NCBI GenBank assembly: GCA_964187785.1 | Contig: CAXLNC010001225.1 | Coordinates: 1-64,000 of the forward strand | Reading direction: 5' to 3' | DNA: 64,000 bases | Source: Amphiscolops sp. MND2022 | Taxonomy: Eukaryota | Part shown: in pieces, positions 62,256-64,000 of the stretch | Layout of the letters: each line of letters begins with the position of its first letter | Position numbering within the stretch: position 1 is the stretch's first letter | Notes under the pieces: generated by a model | What the model was told of the DNA's origin: nothing | The model's input: only the letters and a program-made list of their open reading frames with translations | The model's database searches: none | Program-made: the position numbers and the translations under genes

Positions 62256-62645
62256 TTACATATAATTACTAATAAAAGAGAGTACGTTAACATCGTGAAC
62301 TCCTGTAAGTTGCTCTTGCTGGAACTTGAAGAGATGAAAAGCTGAATATATGGCATAGAATCCGCACACGCTGGGATGTGACTGCAACTTTACTGGAACC
62401 ATCTTTTGGTAGTCTTACTTGAGAAAATTGCATGATCCACTGAGAGAGTCTGCAAAATACAATTGCTGTTTAAATTTGGCAATCATTACCCAGTGCTCGC
62501 CAGACATGAAATTTGGTTCAGTATTGACAATGGCAAATGTATCATTTGGCAGATTAGGGACAAGATCAGAGGGAATTGAGCCGAGGTACCGATACTTGAG
62601 GAGAGGAATACGATCAATAATCTGTCGCAATGCAATGTCATCCAT
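62256..62645 (-). pseudogene. Adenain-like protease, second tandem copy
   Basis: Matches 56368-56757 at offset 5888, with the same frameshift. Confidence 0.88.
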
Positions 62646-62646
62646 A

Positions 62647-63951
62647 TTAGTTATTTTTACCAACAACACCAAACTTCTCAACTGCAACCGACGACATTCG
62701 TTCACCCAAGTTGAGTTCCAGTCGCAATGGTTCGCCAATCAATTCCGGATAGTGGCAATGTTCAGTAGCGTCTTGCATTGATGTCAAATCAAACAAGAGC
62801 ACATAGTGATCCTTGAAATTGTCAATTGGGATTGACGGTAAACCGTCATGAAAGTTCATTGCTCTCATTGTTGTAACATAGAAACGGCAATTATCGGACG
62901 TGTCATAGTCAACAACAGATTGACCCCTGCGTAGTATTCTTATATGTCTCAATCCAAACTGTTGATACCAGTATGGATTTTCAGTAAAGGAATCCGTAAA
63001 GGCAGAATTTGTATTCATTGCGATGGCGATACGACAGATCGGTGCATTGTTGAAAAGGTTTTCTTGTATAAATTGATTCTGTCGGGCAGGAATGATGAAA
63101 GTCTTGGCAAGTGCTTCCAAGTAGTTATTTTCTACTGGACTGTATGCTAGCATATCCAGTCGCTTCTTGTGATAATCGTCTTTGAGTGTAATACGGCGAT
63201 TATAAAGCGAACAATCCACAATTCCAAGGCTAACGTTAGGATTGTCACTAATCATGTAAGAATTGGGTCGAGCTCTAATGAGTCGAATTCTAACTTTCAT
63301 GTTTGGGTACAATAGCTCTGAAGTGGTGAAAAAATCGCCACCCAATTTACCATACAGCATAAATCCGTCAGGTTTGGAGAACATTTTCATTCTCCTTGGA
63401 AAGAATGGATCCTCCAAGGGGTTATCCATAGCGTCTTCTGTACTTGCTTCAAAGTCATAACCTTCACAATGTAGCACTCCCTTGTACTCAGAGATGGCTC
63501 CTTCAAAATTGTTGGAAACGTAAGATTTATGAGCATAAAGTCCATTTGAATTGTAAAATTGCTGATTGTTTAAATGAACTTCCACATTGGAGAAAATGGA
63601 GAGCATAATGTTGTTCACATGGGTAATTAAGGGATTCTCGTTGTCACCGGCGGCATCAGCCTCTTTATCTTCTGCTTCATTGTGCTCCTTTTTGGCTTCT
63701 TCTTTGTACGAATCAAATCCACGATGCTTCACCAATTTGGGTACCAAAGACAAATACGCTTGACGCAAATCAGTGTAGATGTTGCGATCAGTTTGAAATT
63801 CAAACTCGATACTGTTTTCATCCAAGGCCGTTGTAGGATAAATTTGTTGTTCATGCGACGAAAGTACGTCATCGACAACTGGGACTTTACCGCCAACACT
63901 TCCAAAAACGGCTACAAAAGGTTGCTACCGAAACTTGTTTTGTGAATTCAT
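62647..63951 (-). pseudogene. Major capsid protein, second tandem copy
   Basis: Same as copy 1 except about three amino-acid changes (M/L, Y/N, I/V); same early stop. Confidence 0.85.
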
Positions 63952-64000
63952 GTTTAGCTTGAAATGTTTGTGAAAATGTCTCTGCGCGAGCGACTGTTTA

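Larger units (their letters stand above)
55748..64000 (-). mobile_element. Polinton/Maverick (adintovirus-like) element end with a tandemly duplicated morphogenesis module
   Basis: The AGTAGTA terminus at 55748 fits Polinton short-repeat ends. It is followed by protease, major capsid, core, minor capsid, integrase and ATPase genes, all on the minus strand. Confidence 0.88.

Overview
This is AT-rich animal DNA made almost entirely of mobile elements; no host gene is securely identifiable. The acoel-flatworm-like look of the element families is only a guess from memory. (1) Element A (1548-17276, minus): a 15.7-kb Ty3/Gypsy LTR retrotransposon with ~1.58-kb LTRs (~99% identical) and a perfect ATGAA TSD. 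(2) Element B (18189-23350, plus): a decayed 5.2-kb Ty3/Gypsy with 235-bp LTRs and an ACGCC TSD. (3) A repeat-rich spacer with a perfect 326-bp spacerless palindrome, a 4x TGACGTCA array and a hAT transposon remnant. (4) Element C (36485-51170, plus): a 14.7-kb Ty3/Gypsy with ~1-kb LTRs and an open pol frame. (5) LTR/gag-leader and BEL/Pao fragments. (6) A Polinton/Maverick (adintovirus-like) end starting AGTAGT at 55748, followed by a decayed virion-gene module with no pPolB; this 5888-bp unit is tandemly duplicated at ~99.8% identity. The most notable system is the architecture shared by A and C, two different families. Gag starts inside the LTR U5 and reads in frame through the PBS. Pol is reached by an A-AAA-AAC -1 frameshift. 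After pol, each carries a large antisense, intron-containing gene; the two genes are homologous and by eye resemble a catalytically dead hAT transposase. A divergent sense ORF sits just before the 3' LTR.
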